Origin: Hyphochytrium catenoides
Taxonomy: Eukaryota > Protista > Hyphochytriomycota
NCBI GenBank assembly: GCA_900088475.1
Contig: FLMG01000885.1
Span: 8,234 to 72,233, forward strand
Direction of reading: 5' to 3'
DNA length: 64,000 nt
Shown here: one piece after another, positions 1 to 21,848 of the stretch
Numbering within the stretch: the stretch's first letter is position 1
Layout of the letters: each line of letters begins with the position of its first letter
Position numbers and translations under genes: made by a program
Notes under the pieces: generated by a model
What the model saw: only the letters and a program-made list of their open reading frames with translations
Told to the model about the DNA's origin: nothing
Databases searched by the model: none

Positions 1-1069
1 TAAGAGGACTGACCTGGTTGTCGTAACACTTCTTCTACCAAAGTTCCATCTCCGACTGTCCATTTCTCCTCATCCACCATTCTCCCCTTGTCGACTGCTC
101 AAGCACCATCAAATCTCTCTCACTGTTTTTTTACAGTAAATTCCGTCTACTTCTCCTACCTCTGTCTCTCTGTTCCAGGTTCCCCTCCTCCCTCTGCTCC
201 ACTTTCGAGCTTTGGGTTATTTATGTACTACAGGTAGAGCCTCGTTCTGTAGAACAAGATCACAGGGGATATCTTCTCAGTTTTTACATTGGCTGTGTTT
301 GGCTGTATTATTGTGGACACAGGAAAATATACTACTCAACTAGTAAATAGATCTGCCACCTGCCGCCTGCCGCTACCCGGCTGTTGGGAAAAGATACAGG
401 TACAAGTTCCAGGAGGCATCCCTGTCTGAACATACAGAAGACTACCTTCTCCTCTCGGCAAAGCACAAGTGTGGACTTGTCGATTAGGGAAGGGCGGAAA
501 AGGGGCGGGTGGGCGATGGTGGCTCTGTAACAGAAGGGACCGGTAACGGTAACATAAGCTAGAAGGAAAGTCCAAACCTCCTTTTCTAGGCTTCACTTCC
601 GTAGTCCAACTCGTTGGGACTGTCTACTTGTTTTTGTATCAGTACCAGTACGAGTGCGAAATCTGCGCAATCCAGCAACAAAATCGTCGACTACCTCATT
701 ATTAACTGCGACAAGAGTAGAACTAGGGTAAGGTGAAACTTTGAAAGGAGGGTTTTTGTGCTTTTGATTGGGCCCGTTTGGTCGTCCTTCCCGAAACCAG
801 AAATAAAGGACCCTTCCATCTCTGCCGATCCCAATCGCAACAACCCCTTCCTAAATAAGGCACCTCCAAATCGGTTAATTAGTGGAGACGAGGATGTAGT
901 TCTTCTCAAGACTGTCTTCTTCGAATTGCTTTGAACTATCCATTTTTAGTTCTATATAGTTCTAAAAGCCTTATTTTATGAGCAAATGGAGGATGGTAGA
1001 ACTATACTTTTCAATTGATGTGGCCTTTATAATCATTCAGACTTTTCTGAAATACTACTATTTTAAACG

Positions 1070-1140
1070 AAGCAAAAAGGAAGAAAAAGAAGAAGAAGAA
1101 GGAAAAGAAGAAGAAGAAGAACTTGAAGAAGAGAAGAAAG
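1070..1140. repeat. GAA-rich low-complexity tract
   Basis: aagaaaaagaagaagaagaaggaaaagaagaagaagaagaacttgaagaagagaag. Confidence 0.8.
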
Positions 1141-2421
1141 CTGGAACACAGAGTAACTTTTATGAAACTTCAGTACAGGGACCAGTGAAAATAAGCGGTG
1201 GAACAAAAGATTGAGATTGAGGACGAAAACAAGAAGCTAATAATAATGATAAAAAGAAGGACCAACTTGCGGAACCTATGTCCTTGTACAATCGTAGTAG
1301 TGGATTGAGGACGGTAGGCTTCTCTTCTCTATTATCAAATACCTGGACAAAAAATGAGGACACACGGTGTACTATCCTACTGCTTGGTTGATGAAGTGAG
1401 CAAGAGATGACCAACAAGTAAATACTGATCACGACGACCAAGCTCCGGACTATTGTAGCTTCTCAACAAGTTCACCTTACTTGACAAAAACGAAAAACAG
1501 TAGTAGCAGCAGTGTACCACGTTCGAGTCTCCTTTCGTCGATAATAATAATATTCTGTCCGCCAAGAAATGCAACTATTCAACTACTAAGCGTATCATTG
1601 AAGGACAACTAATAACTCTGTTTGTAGGGAGTAACTGTTCATTATCGGCTGGGTCCTTTGCTGAGTGCATTGTTGTGACGTAAGTGAGTATTCCATAATA
1701 CTACACACTACTACAGTAGAAGAGTTTAAGGAGGCCACCAGTACTACTTTTCCACTCAATGGTGGTGGGAAGGTTAATGATCCGCCTCATGTTGTTCGAG
1801 AACCGTCCTTTTTCCTCCTCTCTCCTCCTGATACCTAACTGCTTTGACCTTTTTGACCCCACTGAGCTTTGTGATAGGTAGTAATAATCCAGCTAGACGT
1901 CGTCCTCTTTTAGTTGAAGCGCGTACCTTTCTGTTATACTGAGTATTTTTAGGTTTCCTCCTATGTTTTGTATACTACTACTACCTATGATGTTTTCGCG
2001 CTGCAATGCGTTCTGGTCCGGTCTGCTGATGAAGAAGAGCTGATTTCGTTTTATGGTAGCTCTTCCTTGTTCTTGCCTGCTTGCGCTGATTCTGTTATCA
2101 GCAGTAGCAGCGTGTTGCGAACACCCAATACTTCCTCCTCCACCCTGCTATGCTCAGCAGCACGTCGCTTCTCCAGTAATATAAGAAGGAAGTCTTGTTG
2201 CACTTCTTTCTCCTGCCTTCGTAGAGTCGGCGACCGACGCTGCTTCTTGCTCTTCGAAAGAGAAATGACAGCTTTTTTGTACTTGTGGTTATGCTACTAC
2301 TACTCTTCAACTACACGCAACAAGCAGGACTTGCTAGTATTACCCGGTTCCTATCAAGAAGGAAAAACACCTATGTGCTCAGTTGATAATGAGAATATAT
2401 GAATAACCTCCGCAAAAAAGA

Positions 2422-2472
2422 NNNNNNNNNNNNNNNNNNNNNNNNNNNNNNNNNNNNNNNNNNNNNNNNNNN
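2422..2472. other. Assembly gap (scaffold join)
   Basis: Run of Ns. Other gaps are at 22418-22486, 32086-32128, 32756-32810 and 54658-54749. Confidence 0.99.
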
Positions 2473-3499
2473 GTTCTTCTGGGCTGCTGCCAAGCAGCTG
2501 CAGCAGGAAGTCGGGCAAAATACATATGAAGTGAAGAAGAAGACTAAACCATTATGTCAGATTTCATGATGATTGGCTCTCTCGTACGGCAAAAGTTATT
2601 GAAACGGCGTCTCTAGCTACCAACAAGTTCCCCAAGAATTATGGAAATTTAGTTACCTTAAGCTACGGTTCACATTTGTCCAGGGTAATCTGAATGATGA
2701 GCTTCTACACTGAAAAGTCATTTATTTGCTGTTTTTACCTATGCTTTTGCCCTCACAGAAAGAACCAACTGGCGGTCCTGTTCTTGTCGGCCCAGCACCT
2801 AATCTACAAGAAGCCGCGTGTACTTCATCAAAGCAGAGTTATTTTTGAGGTTTTCATGAGATGATGAAAATATCTGAGCTTGAAAGGTTCGTTTACTTTC
2901 CTCAATTTAGTCTGGCTCACGTGTTATTAGACCCGCAAGGGAAAGCTCCATTCCTTGTGAAACCTTCAATGTCGGAATGAAGGAAAGCTAAAGCACGAAG
3001 TTGTCCTCCCCCAGGACCAAATCTAAGGCATCACTATTGGCAGAAAGTCCAACAACGAGAGACAGAGCAAGAAGGAGATGGCAAGAAGCCTTTGCACCCG
3101 AGGTTAAGAGTACGAGAGAGATTGACGAAGACTGATTAATTGGAGACAAACAGATCGTGAAGTCAGCGGTTTCTGCAGCTTTTCTCTGTACTACTATCGG
3201 ATCTCTATTAGACGATGTGGAGCCGATTAGGTCTACCATCTGGCAGCTACAGATCTTGCGTCTCAGTCAAAGTCCTCTTTATCAAGGGGCAAAGTGAAAT
3301 AGAAAAGAATGCGCTCTCCTGGGGATTGACCCTGTGAAAGAAGTCATCCCTTTGACGCTGTGCCATATACACGCGTTCGCTTCCTATATATTGCGGAGCA
3401 GGTAGCGCTTCCTATTGGCCTAGCTTTAGGTTACGATATTGCTAGGCAGCGGCATATTCTAAGTAAAAGAGCTTCAGATCTTAACCTGAGCCTGCCAAG

Positions 3500-6400
3500 A
3501 TGAGCAACGCAGCCAAGGCTGTGATGGTCGCAGCTACGCGGCAGCATGTCGGAAAGACTAGTACGAGTATGGGGCTGCTAATGGGGTTGACGAAGAGGTA
3601 CGGGTGATGAGATATTGTGCCGTCTCTCGCTCGTTGCTCTCAGATGGTCTCTTTGTTGAAAGCTTGAAAGCTCTCTTGTCGGAAGTCTACAGTTTATACC
3701 CACACTTACTCGACATCTCGTGAATGCTGGCAGGGACATGAATATTGGGTTCCTGAAGCCTGTTGGACAGAATAGCCTCCTAGTAGAAGGCGGGATAAGG
3801 GTGGACAAGGACGTCAAGCTTGCCAAAGGTGAGATCGAACAGAGCGTTCATTAGAAATACAAAAGGGTGGAAAGCGTAGGTCTGACCCGAGCAAGATGCT
3901 CAGACCTAGCAACTGCCCCTAAGGGCCCTTGTACAACCCTTTGACTTATATCTGACTTCATCTGATTGTACGATGGCTGGCTTCAAATTTTTTATGTAGA
4001 GTTTTTCAAGCTGAAATGCAGCTACAAGGACATGAGTCCTGTAGTCATCCCACCAGGATACACTCGAGACTTTCTCGACGGAAAGATCTCTCCTGACAGC
4101 CAGGTGCAGAAGATTAGGGAAAGCTTTGACAACATAAGCCGAGAGAGCGAGGTAAGATGCCTTTATTTGACTGCTTGCTTTACGCCGCTATCTCAGTTGA
4201 TGTTTGGTCTGTTCTTTATTTCTTCTTGCATAATGAGGCAACAGTCCATCCTTTTTGTCCCTTCGCCAATACCGCTCGTTACTCATCTCCTCTTATAATG
4301 TGGTGGGACAACTCATCCAACTTCTGTTATCTATGCCCCCTCAGTTCACGATTGTTGAAGGCACAGGTAAGGTGGTCTCCATTCTCTGACAACATATCCA
4401 TCACTTTTTTAAAGGAATATATATATATATCCTAGAGCAACCAAGTCACTTCGGCTTTTGGCGATTCTATCACATTCCCACCTCGTTGGACTCCTCCTCT
4501 AGCACTCACTATCACCCTTCGCCTCCGTTCTGCTCGAGTTCTCGGGCCTTTTGAGCAAATATCCTTTTCTGCCGTTGTTGCAGTCACCCATTTACTCATT
4601 TGTTTTTCCGGTTTATTTGTGCTACTCAGGACATACGGGTGTAGGGAGCATCGTCAACATGAATAACGCGCAAGTGGCTGCTATGTTGGGCATCCCAATG
4701 GTACTTATCGCGAATGGCGGGCTTGGGTCCGCATACGACGAATTGGAACTTAACCGGTACGGGACAATGACAAGATGGGTGAAAGGAGGAGGACGAAAGA
4801 CCACACAGAACATGAAAGAGTACACTGAGAGGAGGAAGACAAGAAGCCTAAGTATTGTTTGACTGATCAGAAGAAAAAACGGGGGGATATCAGGGGAGCT
4901 TAGAAGGGAGAAGTGCTGCCTAACCGCATCTCGCGGTCTCTTGGTTGCTGTCCTGACCTTCTTATTAAGGGTAATGTGCGAGAAGTACGGCGTGGAGATC
5001 AAGGGTGTCATTCTCAATAAGGTACGTTCTCGAACCGGGGTGCCCCCGCCTCCTTCCTCTATCTTTTGAATGAGGAGGTTTGCCTTCGGTATAATGGAAG
5101 ATTTCCTCACCCTCCTATCCCGCCAGCACAGCTCTTCCACCTAGTCTCTGTGATGTAGCGTCTTGTTTCTTATGGCACGAGCGTTCCAACTCTCACTTCG
5201 CCTGAAAGCTGCCCTAATTTTGACAAGCGGTTGCGCTTTCATTTTCCAGTCTATTCATCCTTGCCTTCATGTCCATGACGAAAGCTAATCTAACGATAGT
5301 GGCCCTATTGCTTTCTTCCTACACGTTCCTTGGTTGGGAATAAAACTGCAGATTGTTCCGCACAAGCTAGAAATGGTTCGCGAGTACTTCCAAAAGGCTC
5401 TAGACCGGTGGGGTGTGAAGCTCCTGGCTTGTATTCCCGACCAGCCTTTCCTGGATCTTCCCACCATGATGGACTTCGAAAATCTCTTCGAGACTAAGCT
5501 CCTCTCTGGCGATGATACGAAGCGAATGTTTCACTTTACAAATAGGTCAGACAAGGCAGTGTATACTTACCGAGGCTTAGTACTCGAGAGTCCCAGTCTA
5601 GCTTGCCGCAACCTTCACGACGTTCTATGGCCAATTCATTCCCTATTTTCTGTTATTAGTGCTATCAGTCAATGGTCTATGCACCGTTTGCGCTCAGTGA
5701 CTCTATCCATTGCAATCTCCATTCTCTCACACATCGCATATGTGTCCTTCTCTGACTTTCTTACGGCTTTGAATATGCAGATCACTTATCACGTCAGGAC
5801 TGCGCCGCTTTTTGAAGAAGCTGTCGACGAATAAGTTCAATGAAACTCTCTTTATTACTCATGCGTCGAGGAATGACATTATCTTAGGCTTCATCAGCCA
5901 TGCACAAATGACAGAGGAGAGAAGTGGAGAACCTTTTAAGGGAGGATTGATTCTGACAGGAAGGCCTCCTTATGATACTCCGCAGGTAAGCGAAGCAAGG
6001 CTCTTCGAGGGTTAGATGGCTGTTGAAGGAAGGTGAAGGGGAGTCACATAGCAGAAATGAGCGACGAAAGCCAGCTGAGGCGACGATGAAGAAGCAGCGA
6101 GAGTGATTGAACAGGCTAAACAGTGCTGGATATGCCCGGCTGGGCCAAATCACAAGAGGAGACAGCAATCGAAGTGAAAGAGATGGAGGGCACGGAATCC
6201 TCCAGATGTATCCAGCAACTAATGTCAGTTATCTGTGTTATGTAGAGCTACACAATGCAGATCATCTCTTTTTCAAATGTTCCAATTCTCTACGCCCCAT
6301 ACACAACCTATGAGACTATGGAGATGCTGGGCAATTACACTGGTACGACCGTGTTGTGGGATCTTCTGTCCATCTCTTCCTTGCCTGTCTGGCCATCCAC

Positions 6401-6613
6401 TGTTTGCGTACCAGGCTATTGAGCTGCCCAATACTATTAGGTGGATAGCCCTCCGACAGCCTCTTCTCTTCTTTCTGCCTGGTTTTGAACACTAACGGGC
6501 GTGCTCTCTTTGCAGCCAAGCTCAACGCCACGGACACTCAGCGGGTGCAGCTGTGCGCGGAGCACTATGCCAAGCATATCGATTTTGACATGCTGCTTCC
6601 TCGTAACGCGTAG
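3500..6613 (+). CDS. Stand-alone BioD-like (AAA_26) + DRTGG-domain protein (phosphotransacetylase N-terminal-like), 10 exons
   Basis: Spliced translation: MSNAAKAVMVAATRQHVGKTSTSMGL (P-loop) / IGFLKPVGQ / IVEGTGHTGVGSIVNMNNAQVA / IANGGLGSAYDEL / GVILNK / FITHASRNDIILG...GGLILTG / ...HYAKHIDFDMLLPRNA*. GT-AG junctions keep the frame. There is no PTA catalytic domain. Confidence 0.88.
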
Positions 6614-6708
6614 CGCCTAAGACTATTTAAACCTTTGGGTACCCTAGTCCCGTCCTCCTTTTGTTCTCTTCTTGCATCTGACGGTCTTAACTCTTTTACA
6701 TCTCTTGT

Positions 6709-8983
6709 CTACTGCCTTGGTGCTATGGTTACTTTCTGTCCAGGCTGTAGGCCCATATCCTGAAGAAACTTCTTCATCTTCTCCTCTTCTGCATTTTGGA
6801 AGGCTGCCAGCTTCTCTTTCTGATCACTCAGTCTAGCCTCTTTGCGCGCCTATCGAAATCAGAAGCATTAGAAAGAGCCATATGAACTAGTAGGGGCTGT
6901 AGGAAGGAGAAGAAGAAGGAAGGCGAACGAACCTGATGCCGCCGCATCCTGCTCTGGAAGTCATCTCCTCCACCCATAAGCGTGTCTTCCTTGACGTCAA
7001 GGCCATCCATTGCCTCATCTCGGTCGCTGAGGAACAGAGACCCAGGATGTCGCAGCTCTTAGTGTGCTTGACATAGCATATCGAAGGCAAAATAGCTTCA
7101 AAGTCTCTCAAGGCACCTAATCTTACCGTGCAGAGCCGTGTATCTTGGCCCCTTTTTCCTTTCTTTTCTCAATTTGAGCCTCTCTTCCATAGGCCTTTGG
7201 TGCGACATCCTCAAGGATATCCTTGGTTCTTTTCCAGTCCTCCCTCCTCCGGACACCTGCGTCCCTTCTTCTCCCTTCTTGTTCAGCTTCTTCCTGATAT
7301 CGCCGGTCAGCAGTGTCTCCGCGAGGCGGCCCGGGATCCCTGACAACCAATGAAGTCGAAGATGGAGGGATGAGAAGAGGTTGTCCATAGTACTGAGCAT
7401 TAGGACCCCTCATTAGGACGATAATTCTACGATAACGGGCATGCCGATTACTGCCAGATAGAAAGTCAAGCCTATAGTTAGTATAATGGGTCCTACTCTC
7501 TGCTCCTAACGCGACCGCTGGCAGCTGGCGGTCCCGCCAATGTCTCTATTTTCTTGGTTCCCGCCTTGACACTGTCAGCAGTGGAGGCTAGAGCAAACTT
7601 CTCTCTTTCGCTTAGCTTTCCTAAGAACTTCCACTTATGTCGTGTCCTTTCTGTGCCCTCCACCACATCTTCAGGCAGTCCTTCATAGTAAGAGGAAGGA
7701 AGCTGCAGAGAGTTCCACCTACGAAAGGAAAATAACACTAAGAGCACGAAGAGAAGGCAGCAAGACGATGGACCTGGTGGAAGGAAGACGAACGAGAAAG
7801 AGGAAAAGGATGCGCCAGAACAAACGCGATCCGGGGCTAGAAGAAGTCCCCGAGGAACCGATAGTGCCACCGTATTAGGATTTGGACAAGGTCTGTAGCA
7901 AGGACACCAACAAGAGCACTGGATGAAGTAGAATGCCACATAGAGGAAGAGTGAGAAGATAGAATGCCAGAGAAGTTGATTCAGATCCCCACGCATTGAA
8001 TAAGATCCATTGAGCACGGCAACTGAAGGAGTGCCACAGGGCAGAGGTCGCCAGAGAGGGCAGTGTAACTAGGAAGCTGTACCTCTTAGCGAACTTCTTG
8101 AATAGCTTTGCCGCCTCCTCACTAGTAAGATCCTCAAAGTACAAGTTAGGCTCTTTCTTCAGCCAGATGCGGAACTCTGTCGCCTATGAGGTTAAAGTCA
8201 ACAGAGAAAGTGATAGAAGGAAGTCCGAAGCATGACGAGGGACATGGTGGGCAGGATAGCGCGGCAGAAATAACACAAGGACAAATGGAGTCTCTGACAG
8301 ACAAAAAGATGGAGCAGCTCTCCCACAGACAGTCGCTTGTCAACAAGGAAGGTATATATAGGGGAAGATAAGTGTGAAACAGGAAAGAAGACGGCGAGCA
8401 AGGAAGAGCGAGAAGAGAGAACAAGAGAAGAGAAAGTATGAGAGAGAGAGAGAGAGAAGTGAAGGAAATGGAGCGACAGGGAAGAGAGGTAGCTAGAGAG
8501 GTAGAAGGAAAGAGCAGCTTAACAGAGTTGCTGTTCCCTTCTTACCTTTTGGTAGTAGTCATCCTCTGTCAATGGTTTTGTACCCTTCGCGTTCAGTGCT
8601 CGAGCTTGCTCGTCTGTCACCTTTATCTCTTCTTCATCGCTCCCCTTAGAGCTCTTGCCCTTCTTTCTCTTATCTTTCTTGTCCTTTCTGTCCCTTTCCT
8701 TCTTGTCCTTAGACTTCTTCTTCTTTTTGCTCTTGCTCTGCTTTCTACTTCTTCGTGAGTCTGAATCGGATGACGATGAGGCAGAGGAGCTTTCCCTACT
8801 GGCACTTCTTTGCCTCCTCTTGTCAGTAGCTCCGTGTCTGCTCTTCTTCTTCGCTCTTCTCTCTCTTAGTTGTTCAGAATCGCTGCCTGCGCTTTCGGAT
8901 CTGCCTCTTCGCGAGCTCTTGCGCCTTTTTCCTTCCTCTCTGTCCTTTCTGCCTCTATCTTCGTCGTCCCTGTCCCTAGCCAT
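6709..8983 (-). CDS. Style cell-cycle inhibitor 1 (SCI1)-like nuclear protein with RS/K-rich N-terminus, 6 exons
   Basis: LTEDDYYQK|ATEFRIWLKKEPNLYFEDLTSEEAAKLFKKFAKR|WNSLQLPSSYYEG...RTRHKWKF matches the SCI1 core. A phase-2 splice GA|gtagga...gtcag|G joins it to the exons DILEDVAPKAYGREAQIEKRKEK, DTLMGGGDDF and ...GQKVTIAPRQ*. Confidence 0.8.
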
Positions 8984-9695
8984 TCTCCCTTTTAATCAGC
9001 AGCCGCAAGGAACCTTTCAGCTTTCCCAGCTTCGCCTTGCTCTTCACGAACGTTTCACTTGTCTTTGGCTGGGACGAGTGAAGCTGCTAGTGCGGGTGAA
9101 GAATGCTTCTGGACGCACCTGCATAAAGATGGGACCAGCTAAGGCGTGAAGAGCGAGCAAACAAGAGGACGGCCTAGAAGGCCGAAGAGCCAAGGAGCGC
9201 AAAGCACAGAAGCTCCCAACTCCCAAGACAAATACTTCAGAACCTCCAAAAAGATCCCACCGCCATTTCAGAAATCCTCCTGGAGCTATATATCTACGCC
9301 TCGTATATTCCTAATAATAATCCTACTTATAACACCATACAAAGCAATTAACCGGGAGGGTTCAGGATAACGCTGGTGGGGGAGTGGAAGTGTGGCGCGA
9401 AAGTGTCAGCCCCAAGAGCTTCAAACCCACGCGCAAGATCAACAGCCACGCTTGGCTGTTCAGTCCATTAGCCGCTCACCGCGCGAGGTGAGAAGCGGGC
9501 GGCGACAGAAGAGAGAAGACCAAGAAGCCTTACCACGGCTCTGATTTCTGTCAGTTTGCAGGCTGATTTCTCGTCTCTGCCTCTCCATGTGGGTGCTCAT
9601 CATAGGCTTGTTCAGAAGATTTTAGGTCCATGGATTTTCAGAAAGCCCGATAACCTCCATTGCGGTGAAGGACCCGACAGCTGCCTTGAGGAAGG

Positions 9696-19862
<10,167 letters not shown>

Positions 19863-19964
19863 GAAGAGCCCCGTTGATCCGTCACCTGGAACAAGGAACG
19901 GACACCAGAGACTGGCTTTGACGAATAAAGGCCTAGAAGTATCAATCTAATCTTCTCTGCCTCT

Positions 19965-21020
19965 CTAGCGCACAAGCTGGTCTTCTCTCTTAGCTTTAAA
20001 GACCTCCAGGAAGTGCTTTAAATACGGCTTTGCCACCATCTGCAGCGCCTCATCCAGGGGCACCTACAAGGGAGAAAAGTCAGCTTCTCCCTTATCCCGC
20101 TCCCCAAATTTTGGCTGTCGTTCACTGTTTTCTCTACCAGCCCTGCGACAGACAGACAACTCCGGTCATAGTGTTTCACTCTTGTTACTCTTATACTAAG
20201 CAAGTGGCCGCTCTTTACTGTCAATCCCCTACTCGTTAAGATCTTTGTCCCATTACCCGCTTAAGCTATTTCTCTGTCATCTAGTCACTGACTCACCACC
20301 ATTCGCTTCCTGACATCCTCTGACCACTCTGGCAGAAGTTCCGTCACTCTTAGGACGAAACAGTGGAGGAAGAAAGAGCCACCTGACTTGGAGCGGCATT
20401 CCTTCGACCCCAGCTGGCCCTGAAGGGTGCCCTTGATCTTGAAGATAGGGCAAAGCTGTTCAGTTGCCGGGACATCGCTATCTGTGGCCCTAGCCTTCCT
20501 CAAAATCTGGCGCCTCTATAACAATCTGCACCTCGCGCACCATACGAGCCCGTGCCTTAGACCCGATGCTTCCCTCTCCCTCTTCTCTCCCTCTAAAGAT
20601 CCTCGTCTTTGCGAAGTCCTTACCCCGCCTTCCTCCAGAGCTTCCCTTAGCGCACATTCCTCCATTGTCTCATCGCTTTCCCAGCCTCCTTTTGGGAAGA
20701 TCCACCCTCCTGGGTGCTTTGCACTTGAGACTAGGACAATGTTGCCATCCTCCTGGACAGGAATAGCTCCGATGACTAGTCTGAGAGAACGGAGCGAGAG
20801 TGGTACGACACGCGGCCACCGTAAGAGGAAAAGCATTCGGAGCGTAATCGTAAGAAGATGAGCCTCGAAAGATCAAGGCGATAGGCACCTAAGAAGCGCT
20901 TTAGTATGAACAGCTGGGATCGCCTTGGTACCTTCTCTTGTCCTCATCATAGCGCTGAAGATCTCTGCCTACTCGAGAGTTCTTGGCGTAGGCCTTTTTA
21001 TCCTTTGCTTCGCCGCTCAT
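19965..21020 (-). CDS. Nudix hydrolase, DIPP/Aps1/Ddp1-like (diphosphoinositol polyphosphate phosphohydrolase type), 4 exons
   Basis: MSGEAKDKKAYAKNSRVGRDLQRYDEDKRR|LVIGAIP...LVSSAKHPGGWIFPKGGWESDETMEECALREALEEGG (Nudix box)|IKG...LPEWSEDVRKRMV|VPLDEALQMVAKPYL...*. Confidence 0.9.
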
Positions 21021-21848
21021 GACTCCTACCCTATCTATAGCCCTTCGTACTCTCTTTATGTCCTGGCTGTTCTCCTGGTCAGCCTTCCTTCAACTAAACA
21101 CTCGGAGGACGCGTGATTATCTCAACGGTGCGGCGCGTCAACGACGATCCGCTCCATGATATCCATCGGCCGCATAATGCCCGGGGTATCGGTCGCAGTG
21201 ACGTAGACCTAGAGAGGAAGATCGTGCTCTGCTGCCCGTGCGGTGGTCCCTAGCCGGGAGCTGAGTGCCGATGGAGCGAGAAGAGCGCGGGCTAACAAGT
21301 GGAGACATATCATGCGTCCCACGATCCGAGGAGAAGAGTTGTTCAGACAAACGAGCTTTGTCAATAGTCCATTTGAAATAAGTATATCTGTAATTCCGAA
21401 TAGACTTATTGGAAGGATAAGAAAGAAGCAACGACAGGAAAGCTACAGTAAGTCTAATTTGATTAAGAGTATAGATCCTCATGGGGTTCTTGACAAGAGC
21501 GAAAAGTAAAAATGAAATATATATTCCGAATACCTACCAGGTGATGATGCTTCTGACGCTGATCGCTGTCGGTTGGTTCTGAAGCGCCACTAAAGCTCTG
21601 GAATGGCAGAGATTCACAGCTTTGTCTGGCAGCTTCGGCTCTTCTTCTCCATTGGCCTTAGACTTCGTCCAGAACCGAGACTCAGTCCTACTTCTCCATA
21701 CTGTTGCATCGTGTAAAGACAATTCTCCGACGTGCCATAGATCTGCTCTTGACCTTAGTAAAGCCCTCGAGAACTAAAGTCCAGACACGAGGACGAGGGC
21801 AGGTACGGACCGAAGCGGTAGAAGACGACCCAGAAAGAAAAGCATATA

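Noticed and set aside
3310-3390. Possible tRNA on the - strand (gggtcaatcccc)
   Set aside because: No TTC loop, acceptor stem or cloverleaf.
3400-6650. Apparent CTAG enrichment
   Set aside because: A rough count by eye is about what chance predicts.
8655-9149. Hydrophobic + strand ORFs here and similar antisense ORFs at 10904-11213 and 23843-24171
   Set aside because: Shadow ORFs of K/E/R-rich exons on the opposite strand.
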